Origin: Perna viridis
Taxonomy: Eukaryota
Direction of reading: 5' to 3'
DNA length: 64,000 nucleotides
Assembly (NCBI GenBank): GCA_037379345.1
Contig: CM074522.1
Location: 13,392,001-13,456,000, forward strand
Positions 42,201 to 53,791 of this stretch are shown piece after piece. Below the pieces are notes generated by a model. It ran no database searches, was not told the origin of the DNA, and saw nothing but the letters and a program-made list of their open reading frames with translations. The translations under genes were made by a program, and so were the position numbers. Numbering within the stretch: the first letter of the stretch is position 1; every line of letters starts with the position of its first letter.

Positions 42201-43431
42201 TGTTAGGGTAAGTGTCCTCTGCTTTTCAAGAAACAGCTGCCAAGTTGCCAAATAAAGATCAATCCCAGGTGGACAAAAGAGGAAAGGAAAACTATGACAC
42301 GTCCAACAAATCAGTTTTCATGGTGCAGATGGATACACCATAACGATCCACAAGTTCATGATGACAACCATAAAACTTCTGTAGTGATGATTTCAATCTT
42401 GAAGCAATATAACCCTGTTCCAGAAGCAGAATTGTAAGAAGTCTAGCGTGATATAAAAAGTCTGTGTAGTTAAGGCAAGTTCTTGGATAACCTACAAGTT
42501 GTGATATGAAAACTCCATATGCAGGTGCTGAAGGGATGTTGCTACAGAACATAATTAATGATTTTGGAAGAAATTTAATTGATATAAAAGGAATTATATA
42601 GGGACTATATTCTGTGAATTGTTAAAAAAAACTAAGATAGTTTCTGACAAAAACTGGCAACATAAGGTATTTTTGATCCTGAAGGATCAAAATCCTTAAA
42701 ATGGCCTGTAATCCACTGAATTGGCCAATTCAGGTGGCCGAGTAAGGGGCCATAGTTTCTTCTGAAAAAAATTAATCTTAGTCCATACTGATCTCCGAAG
42801 CGGACTAAGTCTCATACTGGTTTTATATCAATTCAGTGCAGTGCTATTGTCTACTTAGTCTCTGAACTACTAGCCAAGAATTAACAGCCAGTAAGTACAA
42901 GGTAATTCTCACTAATGAATTTTCAGTAATATCCTTTTTCAAAAAGTTCTTGCGTAAACCACAAAATTAAATTCCCAAGAGTATTGGTCAAATGAGATAC
43001 CACTCAAAGGTTTTTAATTACAAATGTACACTGTAAGAATAAATCAATTTAAAGAGCAAAAATTGCATCTGTCATAATTCAGATAATCATGACGTTGATT
43101 GATCGAGTCATTTTGTAATTCTGATGTGGTCAAGAAAAATCAAAATTAGCACTAGGCAAGTGAAATTTTGCTTGGGAGAAGTTATTCCTCCGTCTGAATA
43201 CATACGTATTCGAGAGAAAAAATGTGGACTTTCCATATGTCTTGCACTATCAATTCAACAGATCAAGTAATCTGTCGTCACTACATATTACCGACCACAA
43301 AAAGAAGGCGGTTGTAAGATCAACAGGTAAAAAGGGACCGAGGAATAAGCTCTCGTTCGTTTTTTACTATTATAGAGGTACAAATCGTTTACCTGGTCGT
43401 TTTTACGGCGGTTTTTTCTTCTATCTGCCAT
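30263..43431 (-). CDS. SEC62: Translocation protein SEC62 (9 exons, 381 aa as modelled)
   Basis: Exons 43431-43393 (MADRRKNRRKNDQ), 38407-38287 (KEEYAVAKHLRFNVP), 37587-37485 (AVDALLDSKWA), 36587-36482 (KGLFHRAVKV), 35525-35436, 35026-34931 (KLKLNMHEDQVFLDG), 32930-32870 (YVWIYDPIP), 31808-31689 (TM: CLFPLWPDEMRIGVYYLS), 30672-30263 (WIFPNLTEDVGVIESFKPFY, acidic tail). All GT-AG and phase-consistent. Confidence 0.95.
37140..37420. repeat. Dispersed repeat; second copy near 54572-54845
   Basis: Shared GAGGTT.CCCTAGACCAATTTAGCATGG.GCTGCACCA..ACATTTATGATA..CTAGGGTGAA. Confidence 0.75.
38448..38500. repeat. Minisatellite, 11-bp unit x5
   Basis: TCCTACTGATA variants. Confidence 0.8.
40676..41656 (+). 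mobile_element. Internally deleted DNA transposon relic (hAT-like) in SEC62 intron 1
   Basis: Imperfect TIRs ATACATGCCAACCCT / AGGGTTAGCAGGTATG; internal ORF fragment FKSSWTDKFPFIKASRKGNMYVFCEY resembles a transposase N-terminal Zn finger; similar right ends near 28250 and 39140; no TSD seen. Confidence 0.55.
42014..42548 (-). mobile_element. 5'-truncated Penelope-like element copy (SEC62 intron 1)
   Basis: [45 protein letters not shown] plus the 3'UTR. Confidence 0.85.
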
Positions 43432-43646
43432 GTTTACAATTTTTACGTATGAAAACCTAAAAGGTGGATGACAAATCCGAACTCATAACTAGTTAAATCA
43501 AGTTGATCCCGGTCTTGTCGTTTAAAAAATGTTGCATGATATTTTAAACTCCCAATACACGGCAAATGATTGGTAGAGCGATAGACGACCTTGAATTCGG
43601 CATAGATCAGGAAAATTCATTCGGATACTGTAAATCCTTGTCGAAA

Positions 43647-43849
43647 GAGTAATTAAGGGAACCAAGGTTATAGCGGTAATCAAAAGAATGTAATCCAGGG
43701 ACAAAGACTAGACATGGAAAACAGACATACACAACAAAGAACATAAAGCAACTAAAATCATACATACAAAGTAACAAAAGTAAATGAGCAACTCGGACTC
43801 CACTAAAAACTGGGAGCATGGACCAGGTGCACCGGTAGGGTAAGCGTCC
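43647..43849 (-). mobile_element. 3'UTR-only Penelope-like element copy in the SEC62 promoter region
   Basis: Same 3'UTR; flanked by TCGAAA at 43641-43646 and 43850-43855 (possible TSD). Confidence 0.85.
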
Positions 43850-44542
43850 TCGAAATAAATGAATAGTGGATAAATTCCAGATTCATGTCGACAAAACATA
43901 AGTTGAAACTCTGTTTTGTATACTGACATTATCAGAAATTGCCAGGAAGCGGAACATGGAAGTATCTATATGTCATACTACCACGGATGATCAGAATGAC
44001 TTTTATGAGAAATATTTCATAGGCTGTTTCAACAACAGGTTGAGCATTTAGTTAGAATGATAAACCGGTACAATCTTTTTTATTTCTAGCCTGATTTCAA
44101 TAATTCCATTCTTACTTGTTCGCCATAATACTGACCTATTCTATACTGACATTTTTTTTAATAATGAGAAATGTATTTCCAAGAAAGCTTATCCTTTGAT
44201 TGATTGTTAATATATTTCCTTGTGTTATGCCATGGACAGTATCATATAGTCCCTGACTATCTATTCTCTGAATAATTTTAACCGATGAGGAAAATGAAAA
44301 GTGCTGGGAAATAAAAATTATATGCCATGAACGAAAATCAAATCTAAAATAACAATACACTATAAGTAGTTATGTAGCCTATTGCTTTACGCTCTGGTTT
44401 AATAAGTTTCACCATTCCAGCCTTGCTATTCACAAGGGGTGGAAAAAAAATTTACAGTACCACCGCTTACATATGTATGTATGATGCTGAAAAGTATAAT
44501 GCTAAAAAGAGGAGGCCCAATTTATAGGTAATTTAAGAATAC

Positions 44543-44941
44543 CTCTAATTTAGCTTTCCAGTCAAGAAAATTTCGCCTATTCTTTTCATCCTCAGTTTCT
44601 TCGACAGGTTGTTCGTCGTCTTCATCTTTTGAATCACATGCAGCACTGAGCGTGCACGGCATTTGTTCTTCCAAAACTTCCATGGGGACAACATTGCCAT
44701 AATCGAAATTTTCATTCTTAAAAAAATTCCCATCGTACTTAGTATTTACATCTGTATTTTCCACAGACTCGTCTACATTTTCACCGGATTCATCAAAATT
44801 TTCCTCGTCAATTATATCTTCGTTATTTTCATTAACATCGTCTTCATCAATCTCATCATCGGATGAAAAATCGTTGATAATAAAATGTGGCTTAATAACC
44901 ACTTTTGGTGCAAGTGGAATTCCCAGTGGTTTCTTTGGCAT
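44543..44941 (-). CDS. Acidic (Asp/Glu-rich) coding exon of 133 codons: either an alternative SEC62 first exon or exon 1 of a small separate gene
   Basis: Open frame MPKKPLGIPLAPK...FLDWKAKLE ending at a phase-0 donor GAG|GTATTC; strongly biased, coding-like D/E content. A candidate in-frame second exon lies at 44267-44136. Confidence 0.55.
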
Positions 44942-46065
44942 TTTCTTCAAATTTGTAATGATCACTTGAAATACTTACCATGATTATAACTTCCTTATCG
45001 AGGTTGTAGAGTTAGCCCTTAGGGAAATATGTGTACACCAGACAAACCGGTAAAGCATTATAACGTGTCATTCGTCCATTGAAACAAATCTTGGAAGGTA
45101 CATACACTATGAATCTATAATGATTTACACATTAAATGTAATAGTTATTCCTTGGTTGTGAATATATACTAATAGTATTTGGCCTTAATGTCGATATAAT
45201 ATTTCAAATGCCCAGGGTATACATTACTAAATTAGGTAATAGATAGTCCCTGGATATAACCCTTGAGTACTATACTGTTCATGTTTCCGAACATGTATAT
45301 GACTGATGAAGGTAAAATTGTGTTTAACATATCATATATGGACATAGTGTGTTTTATTTAGAATATTGTATGTCGAAAGTTGTTATGCTTCCATTTCTTC
45401 TGTATAATGTCGGGTATTATTTTGGTAATAGATAAGTCATATGTTGTCCCAGATGGAATCAAATAAATTAATTGAACCTAATACATTGACTGGGTCAGGG
45501 ACGATAGCATACTGTATACTCAAGTAAACACTCGTTTTACAAGGAAAAAAGTCAAAAAACCTTTATCAAAAATATGTAGATACTGTGCAATAAAGGGGTA
45601 ACCATTTGAGTCTGACGGAAGTGACCGGTAGCTATACGACCAGATTATTTAAATAAATAATATTGTACAGTATGGAGACTATAAAACTCATTTATTTTTA
45701 TTTTCCAAATAGTAGAGGTCAGAATAATTATTTTAAAATATTTCCAGATTTTTAAGATGACTGCAAGTCCCATCCGTGTAAGAATCATGCAAACGGCCTT
45801 CCCCTATAATATATAAAACAAAGAGTAAATCTTAAAATTGTCGGAGTAACATAACATGTGGAAGTATGACAGAATAAAACAAATATTTTAACACTAAATT
45901 TGACCTCCCGTATGTCATGATTAGATAATTCATAAAATGCCAGTGAAGTGTTTTGATATATATCTGCGAAGCTGGCAATTATGAAAAATGTCACTGCGGG
46001 ATCTGGTTGTGTTGAGCACCTTTCCGCCTGTGAGACGTGACATTATGTACAAATATGATTTTAAT

Positions 46066-46741
46066 ATTCTACTAAATATACCGAAGAAGTTGTTTTCAAA
46101 ATTCAGGAATTTTGACCGACAAAATATTTGTCCACTATGGTGAACGCGTTTTTCAACAACCGGTCGGCATTCCAATGGGGACAAATTGTGCTCCTCTACT
46201 TGCTGACATATTTCTTCACTCTTATGAGGCCGACTTTATAGCTGATCTGATCCAAAAGAAGGAACATCGTTTAGCTAAATTCTTTAATCTCAGTTTCCGC
46301 TATATAGATGGCGTATTATCGTTAAACAATCCTGGTTTCGGGGATTTGATACATCGCATCTACCCCACTGAACTCGAGATAAAGGATACTACTGACACTG
46401 AATTCAGCCTCATATCTGGAACCACTTAGAGATCGATGGTAAAGGAAAATTATTTATCAAACTATACAACAAACGCGACGACCTTTCATTCCTTATTGTC
46501 AACTTCCGTTCATCTGTGACAACATTTCTTCAGCACCTGCGTATGGAGTTTTCATATCACAACTCCACAACTCATACGTTATGCCAGAGCTTGCCATAAC
46601 TACGCACACTTTTTGTATCGCGCTAGACTTCTTACAATCAGGCTTCTGCATGGAACAGAGTTATGTTGCTACAAGATTGAAGTCATAAATACAGAAGTTT
46701 TATGGTCGTCATCATGAACTCGTGGATCGTTATCGTGTATT
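46066..46741 (+). mobile_element. Penelope-like (Naiad-type) RT fragment, truncated at both ends
   Basis: GIPMGTNCAPLLADIFLHSYEADFI..FRYIDGVLSLNN..IYPTELEIKDTT; frameshifts; colinear with the 16371-17340 copy. Confidence 0.85.
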
Positions 46742-47134
46742 GAATCAGGGAGTGCATAATTAGACTTTGTTAGGAGTGACCAGTCCCTGTAATATTAAGT
46801 CCCTGCATAATTGTATACGATTTTCTCAAAAATAAAGATCTATTTAGGGAGTGTATATTAAGACCATGATTCTTCTTTCTGAATACAAGACCGGATCATC
46901 GTTACGGAAAAATATAGCATATGTAGTCCAAAAAAGTATGGCATTTCTACACCACGAATCACCTCTACCACATGTTATATGGACTGATACTAAAATCCGG
47001 ATCCGTTTCTTCCATTTCCGAGTTCTGGTCTGGAGTTTATAAACACCCGAGAAGGGAAAGGAAGAAGGAAGCGAAGTATATGTGAGTTTTGAACCGTTTG
47101 TTGCTGAAGCAGTTTGGGGCAAACAAGCGCAAGC

Positions 47135-50100
47135 ATGGCTACTGATGAATTAGCAAGTAAACTCCAGAGAAGGAACGACATCAACGAAGGCGACGAAGAA
47201 AGCGTCATTAGATCTACACAAGTTTTTAATCCTTACACTGAATTTAAAGAATTTTCGCGTAAACAGATTAAAGATTTCCAGGCGACTTTCAACAAGTAAG
47301 TCAAGTATTCACTTTTTGGGAGATACTTAAATCATATGTGATTTGAATTTTTTCAACGGACTGATAGTTTTTCAATAACAAAGTTTTTGTGGCTGCATGT
47401 TTTAGGCATATAAAATCAAAAATTTCAGTAAGAATTCATACTTTTCATATTGTCCTGTTGAAGTCCAAAATTATACCCCACTTAAAGTCTACTACTAATA
47501 TCCTTCTCCACTCAACAAGGCTTGTGATTCAAATCGTTATCTGGTTGAGTCTGTGTTACACCAAGAAATACTCAGCGCCATGGAGGTCCGGGTGTTAAAA
47601 GAATAGGCCTGCAGCAGTGCTAAGCTTGTCGTAAAAGGTGACTAAATAGTGCTCAGAACCCAAGCCGGGGCTAGGGTGCTCTGCCCACAGAGCAACTGGG
47701 ATGTGTGCCCCTGGTGGTGGAATGGGGTACCCCTGGCATGTTACATGCTGGGGTTGTCAGGCTATAATATGGAAAACCTGACCATAAACCATAGTGGTGC
47801 ACCGTGTTGGGAAAGATGCCACGTTTCTCGCACGTTAAAGAACCCTACTGTGGTATGCTCCTGGAGTAGGAACCATAGGGCTCCGCCACAGGAGGCTAAA
47901 TTGCCCGACCCTACCCACTTCTCCCTATTTCCAGTGGCAATCAAAATTTGTCGACCCCATCATGCTTGTGTCCCATCCCTTTTTCATTGCATCATCATTT
48001 CATGTTCATTTTATCATCAATTTCATGTTCATCGTCTGAATATAGCTGAAATATTGCTGCTCGGACGTTAAACCCCAACAAACAAACAAAACAAAGAAGA
48101 ACTCAGATGGAGAATACATTTTCATCTTGTATTTGCAGAGGTTGTAGTGATAAGCATTTCAAAGTAATTCCATCCACTCTGTGGCTCCAAAAATATTGTT
48201 ACTTATCACTAAAAATAAAGAATAGTAACCCTTTCAAAAATTTTGACAGCTGTAATTTGAGATTCAGCTTGGACAAATCCCAGACAGATTCTTCCACTTA
48301 GTGCATACAGTGTAACCAGAAAGGCTGAGCAGTTCCCATTCGATACACCCAGAATATAATCAGAAAGCTATTCATTGAAATTAGATAGGATAACAAATGC
48401 TGCATTGGAGAAGTAATTCATTATTTTTAGACATGTTACATATAAATAGCTCTTGATACCATTGCCTAAAAAGTTTTGGAAAATGTGTCATTTATACATT
48501 TAGTGAATAAAAATCCTCCCCTATATTTTTTTGAATGCTAACTAGGTTTGTATTTTATAGGTATGATGTTGGTAAAGATAAATTCATTGATTTTTTTGAA
48601 CTGAAATTGATGATGGAAAAAATTGGTGCTCCACAAACTCACTTGTCACTGAAAAATATGATTAAAGAAATAGATGAAGATAATGATGGAAAAATAAACT
48701 TTAGAGAGGTAAGTTTAAGAAGTTAACCAGTTTTATCCATTTCTAAATGTATGTGAAAACATTCTAACAAAATGGAAACAAACTTGTTCAGTTGTAAGGA
48801 AACCCATAGGCCATGTGCAATTTGCACAATAATAAAAAATATGACCCATTAAGATGTGGTATCTTTGTTGGCTGCACTGTATCTTCAAAGTTTCTATACT
48901 AGCATAACTAGTTTTGATTATTAATTACAAATAGACTTGGTCAACAATGGCCTGTCTTGTTGTGATCTGACCTGGAATTAGGTGTAATAATGTTCTATAT
49001 ACATTCTATCTTTTTTCCCTTCATGTGAGGTACAATCCAAAGCAGTAGTGAACAGATTGATGAAACTAAAAACCCAAAAACCATTTATGAGCAATGTATC
49101 ATACTTGTTATATCCACCACAAAGTTTGGGGGGGCATATACATGTACATGTAGGTTTCACTCTGTCAACCCCAACTGACTTTTCCTTGCAGTTCGTAGCA
49201 TTGTTATGAAACTTTGTGGTGTATAATATAACCATGTAGAGATGTGGGTACTGTCAGGAATTTATGTTTGGACAAAAATTGTAGGAATGATTGCTGTTGT
49301 TTGCTGTTCCTCCTCAACGACTTGCTGGATTGTTATGAAACTTAATGGGGTATTAAATAACCATACTGGGATGTGCATATTGTCAGGAATTTATGTTTAA
49401 GTAAATTTACAGTCATATTCTGTTATTGTGTTGTCAACAAAATAAAAGCACTGATTGTGGTTTGGAGGCCGGTGTTTTAGAAACGGCAGCAAAATTGTGT
49501 GTCAAAAATGCTTAGTTTATCTATCCCCTGTTCAAATTGAGTCTAATAAGAATTATGTGTCTGCATTGGTCCCAAAATGTACAGGGTTCAACAGACGGGG
49601 GTGGGGGGGTATTAGTCCCGTTAGGGACAACAAGTTACAACTAATTATACATGGAATTTTCTACTTTAAAACTTCATTCTTTTTATGAAAATAATAGTGT
49701 GTAATATTTATGAGACAAAGACCCATTTCCTTCTGGCACCACCTGCATTGTTGCCAAAGTCCAGAACACTAACCACTATGCTACCAGTCATCCCGTAATA
49801 AAATGCTTTAAAGGGTGCAACTTGATACAACTACAAAGGCATTTGGGACAAGTGTGGACACATTATTAAGCTTGTTGCCTCTCTAAATTTTGATTGTGAT
49901 TAAATATTTGAAAATACGTTAAGAATCTGACCAGAATATAGTGGCCCCATTATAAATGGTTCCAATTACAACCCCCAAAACCAACCCAAGAATATCTTTG
50001 GAGATAATGAATTGGATGGTTCAATCTCAAAGAGATCTAATCACTTATGGTCAAGCTATTATACATCCACCTGTATACATAACTAGGCAGTTCAAGTCCC

Positions 50101-52560
50101 TACACAGGGGTGGATCCAGGATTTATGTTTAAGGGGGGATTACTTGAATTAAATGCTGTGCAAAGCAAGGCAAAAAATATGATGGGGTGAAACTTGTGAA
50201 AATTTTTTTTCTTACCAATTTAGGGGGGTGTACGCCTGGTACGCTAGTCCTCGGATCCGCCCCTGCTACGTTAAAATCAAGCCTTTTTGTGTTATGGCAC
50301 CTTGTGGTACAATTTCTGAGAGATTCATTCACCTACAGTTCAGTTATTGTCATGAAAATGAATAAAATCATGAAATGGCTCAGTTTTGGAAATGTGTACT
50401 TTTATATAATTTAACTAAATAAATAGGGCATATTTCCTTTAATACCATAATGAAATACTATTGAGATTTAAGAACAATATTTATTTCATGGTTTGAAACA
50501 ATGTAAACGTATTCATTTTCATGGTTGCTATTTTTTGCACATTCTGTTAAGTGAACATATTTGTAGGCACATTGTACCAATTTTCCCAGTATCAAAAATG
50601 ATTTGTGTTGTTTAGCGTTAAAAATTTTTTGTTTTTCTGTCTGAAAATTGATGTATTTACAGTAAACATTTCAATGTGAATAGATATAAAGCTTGATTTT
50701 TTATTCCAGTTTCTGTTGATTTTCCGCAAAGCTAATGCTGGGGAACTTGATGCAGAGAGTGGTTTGATGGCATTATTCGACAACATGGAGGAGATTGATG
50801 TTCATGCTGAAGGAGTCAAAGGGGCAAAAAATTTCTTTGAAGCAAAAGTATGATTTTTGGAGGTGAAATGATCCTCTAGTAAATAATATTCAATGTATTG
50901 GTCTTTAAAAAATTAAAAATCAGTTTTTTAACTTTGGGCATTGTCCTAAAATACTGTGAAATCTGCCCTAACAAAACCTTGAATAATCCCAAACTTTACT
51001 AAACCGTACACTGTTTGAAGTCCATTTATATCAATTTGAACCATGGTAAACTGAACCAATGGGGTTTGATGTTTCACTGTAGTTTTTTTTCTGTTTAAAT
51101 GTCTCATTTGTAGGGTTTAAGTGTCAGGTGGAGAGTTCGTTCCCTTTGCTTACAATTAAAAATCAAAGACTGAAGTCTTCAAAGTCGCTAATCATCAAAT
51201 ATTTACTGTCACTAATTTCGGTTTACTTTCAACATTGGAAATGGTACAAATACGACATGCTCTAAAATCGGGTGACTTCTGCGAAAATCTTGGTTCCTTT
51301 GGTATTCTTGCATACTCTTTCGTAATCATTATGACCTGGATGTTTTGGGTCATCTGGAACAAGATTAAACTACTGGAAAAATGGCTATGTATAAATATTG
51401 GTGTCCTGATAATATATTTGACCTTTATGTAATCAGTTGTTAAGAACACCTGTGTTTGAATCAGAAACTGGGTAATATTACCTAAATTCAGTGCTATCCA
51501 ATCATTTTATCTTTTAATGTAAACTTCCTGTTCTAAAACAAGCAAAAACATATGGCAAGCCAAAGTGGACAAAAATGCCTATTTATAAATAATAATTATA
51601 AATATTTGTAATTCAATGATAAATATTTATAATTCATTTAATAAATGAATATAAGTCCTTCCGAAAACATATAAATACCATTGGGTTTTTATTTTCTGGT
51701 TTTTCATAAATTTATTCATTAACCCTATTAAAACATATCTTTTATTGTTGTGTTTAACATATGAGAAATATATGATAAACAAGACATGTATGATTCAATT
51801 TTCCATGTACATGTATATCTGGCGTATTTAGAAATTCAGACATTATGGTAGAGATGATTCATTGTGCAGGAAAACCCACCAAACAAATGAAATGATGCTG
51901 ATTTTTTCTACATATGCCATATTCTAATGTAATTATATTCATTTCTGTGTTTTGAAGAAAATCATACATTTATTTCCCACATAAGTCAACAAAAAAAAAA
52001 CAATAACTCTTACAAAGTAACAATTTCATATATGGGGTCCATGCTCCAAGTTTTTAGGGGAGGCCGAATTCTCATTTGCTTTTGTTACTTTGTATGCATG
52101 ATTTTAGTTACTTTATGTTCTTTGTTGTGTATGTTTTCCATGTCTGGTCTTTGTCCCTGGATTGCATTCTTTTGATTACTGCTATAACCTTGGTTCCCTT
52201 GATTACTCTCTCATATTCAATCTTTAATATTTTTCTCTCAAAAGTGCAACTGCAGAATGACAAACTATTACTGTAATGTCTGTAACTGTTTTTGAATGAG
52301 AAATAAAAGTGACTTTGGTTGGTCTTATACATACAGGCAATCACATCCTACCTGATTTTTATGAAGACTTCTATCAGGGTTGGGCAGTAATCTTTTTTAA
52401 TTCATTATACTTAATCTGTTTATTCTAGATTGACAATTTATCAAGGGACAAGAAATTCGAAGAGGAAATCAAACAAGAGCAAGAAGAAAAGAAAAGAGAA
52501 GCAGAAGAAAGAAAGGAAAGAAAACAAGCATTTAAAGAGAAAGCAGCCATGTTTAAATGA
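47135..52560 (+). CDS. EFHD2: EF-hand domain-containing protein D / swiprosin-1 homolog (4 exons, 192 aa)
   Basis: Exons 47135-47295 (MATDELASKLQRR..VFNPYTEFKEFSRKQIK), 48561-48708 (two EF hands; ELKLMMEKIGAPQTHLSLKNMIKEIDEDNDGKINFRE), 50710-50847 (FLLIFRKA..EIDVHAEGVKGAKNFFEAK), 52429-52560 (coiled coil KFEEEIKQEQEE..AFKEKAAMFK*). EFHD1 vs EFHD2 cannot be distinguished in an invertebrate. Confidence 0.95.
47575..48093 (+). mobile_element. Second copy of the SINE-like retroposon (EFHD intron 1)
   Basis: Colinear with 24222-24751; (CAAA)n tail; degenerate TSD AAGAAATACTCA / AAGAAGAACTCA. Confidence 0.85.
50105..50265. mobile_element. Short CAGGGGCGGATCC-type MITE
   Basis: CAGGGGTGGATCC..GGATCCGCCCCTG; flanks CTACA/CTACG. 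Confidence 0.65.
52036..52209 (+). mobile_element. Short 3'UTR copy of the Penelope-like element (EFHD intron 3)
   Basis: Matches the family 3' end (..CTTGGTTCCCTTGATTACTCT). Confidence 0.8.
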
Positions 52561-52637
52561 TCAATGGAAACAAGCATTAAAATGATCTATGCTAAAATTC
52601 CTGCTCACTATTATTTTTGTTAAAATTGCTCAGGGTA

Positions 52638-52794
52638 TAGTCAAACCTGTCCTAGCAACCACCTGTATTTAACCTGTCTTAAAAAACTCTTGATTATAAT
52701 GATCCCCATGTAATACATTCTATATTAACCGGTATATTAAGACCACCTGTTTAATGTAACCATGATTTTGCTCTCCCTAAGACAGGTCTGACTG
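52638..52794. mobile_element. TA-flanked MITE (Tc1/mariner-type) just after the EFHD stop codon
   Basis: TA|TAGTCAAACCTGTCCTAG ... CTAAGACAGGTCTGACTG|TA; a related fragment lies near 34510-34590. Confidence 0.65.
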
Positions 52795-53579
52795 TATTTA
52801 CAAACAGGAAGTGAGACATGAACTTATTTCTGTGTTCTGAAACTTGTTCAAAATGCAGTTTGTGAAAACAGTTTCATAATATTGAAAAATATATTTTTAA
52901 GAAAACATAATAATTGTATTGTTTTAGAGGAAGGCAGTTTGAACATCTTATTGGATGAATTTAATTTTCAAGGCCAGATCTCTAGATAGGTGACCCCTGT
53001 TGTTAAGGGTCATAGGTCTTGTAACCCCCATTGTTAATGGTCACATGATGTATGTCGCATGATGTATTTTTGTGAATCAGTTGATGCAATATATATATTT
53101 CCTGGATCTCTACTCTAGACCTGTCATGTTTTATTTTTAATTTCATGTCAAAATCATGATTTTAGAAAACATAAAATGTATTAATTTTGGGAAGTCTATG
53201 TTTTGAGTACATGTAGATTATACTTAAATAAAGCTATGAATGTTTGAAAATGTCAGGCCTTTAATTTCATTGGGTTTTATGTAGAAATATTTTTCAGACA
53301 GAAAAACTTCCGATCATTTATTGTTGTATCAAATATTCATTGAGCGAGGACAAATTATAAGGAAGTAGTTGTTTGTTATAGTTATATTGTTGTGGTTACT
53401 GTTGCATGAATGTGTGTATGTTCTTTGTGCATAATATTTGTTTCAAAATGCTGGTTTTGTTGTTAATGGTGTATTTGATTGTATGTAAACATCTGATTAG
53501 ATAATTAATTTATATGTATGTGAATTATTGTGATAATTACTCTTCAGGGCAAACTGCCTGGTCCATAAAAAATACACTT

Positions 53580-53791
53580 TAGGCCATCATAAACAAATTC
53601 CTAGATTCTCATCCAACATTTTTCAAAATTAGGGGCAGGCAGGCGGGAGAATTTCATTTTTTATCAATATAAGTGAACAATGCTGTCAATTTGAAAGAAA
53701 TCTACTCAAATTGGGAAAAAATTCAAAATATTTTTTTTCAGGGAGGTAGAAAAAATTGGATCAGAAGTTGAGAATCTAGAATATTTTTTAT
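53580..53791. repeat. MITE-like dispersed repeat; related copy near 630-832
   Basis: Inverted CTAGATTCTCA..TGAGAATCTAG ends and shared internal sequence in both copies. Confidence 0.65.
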
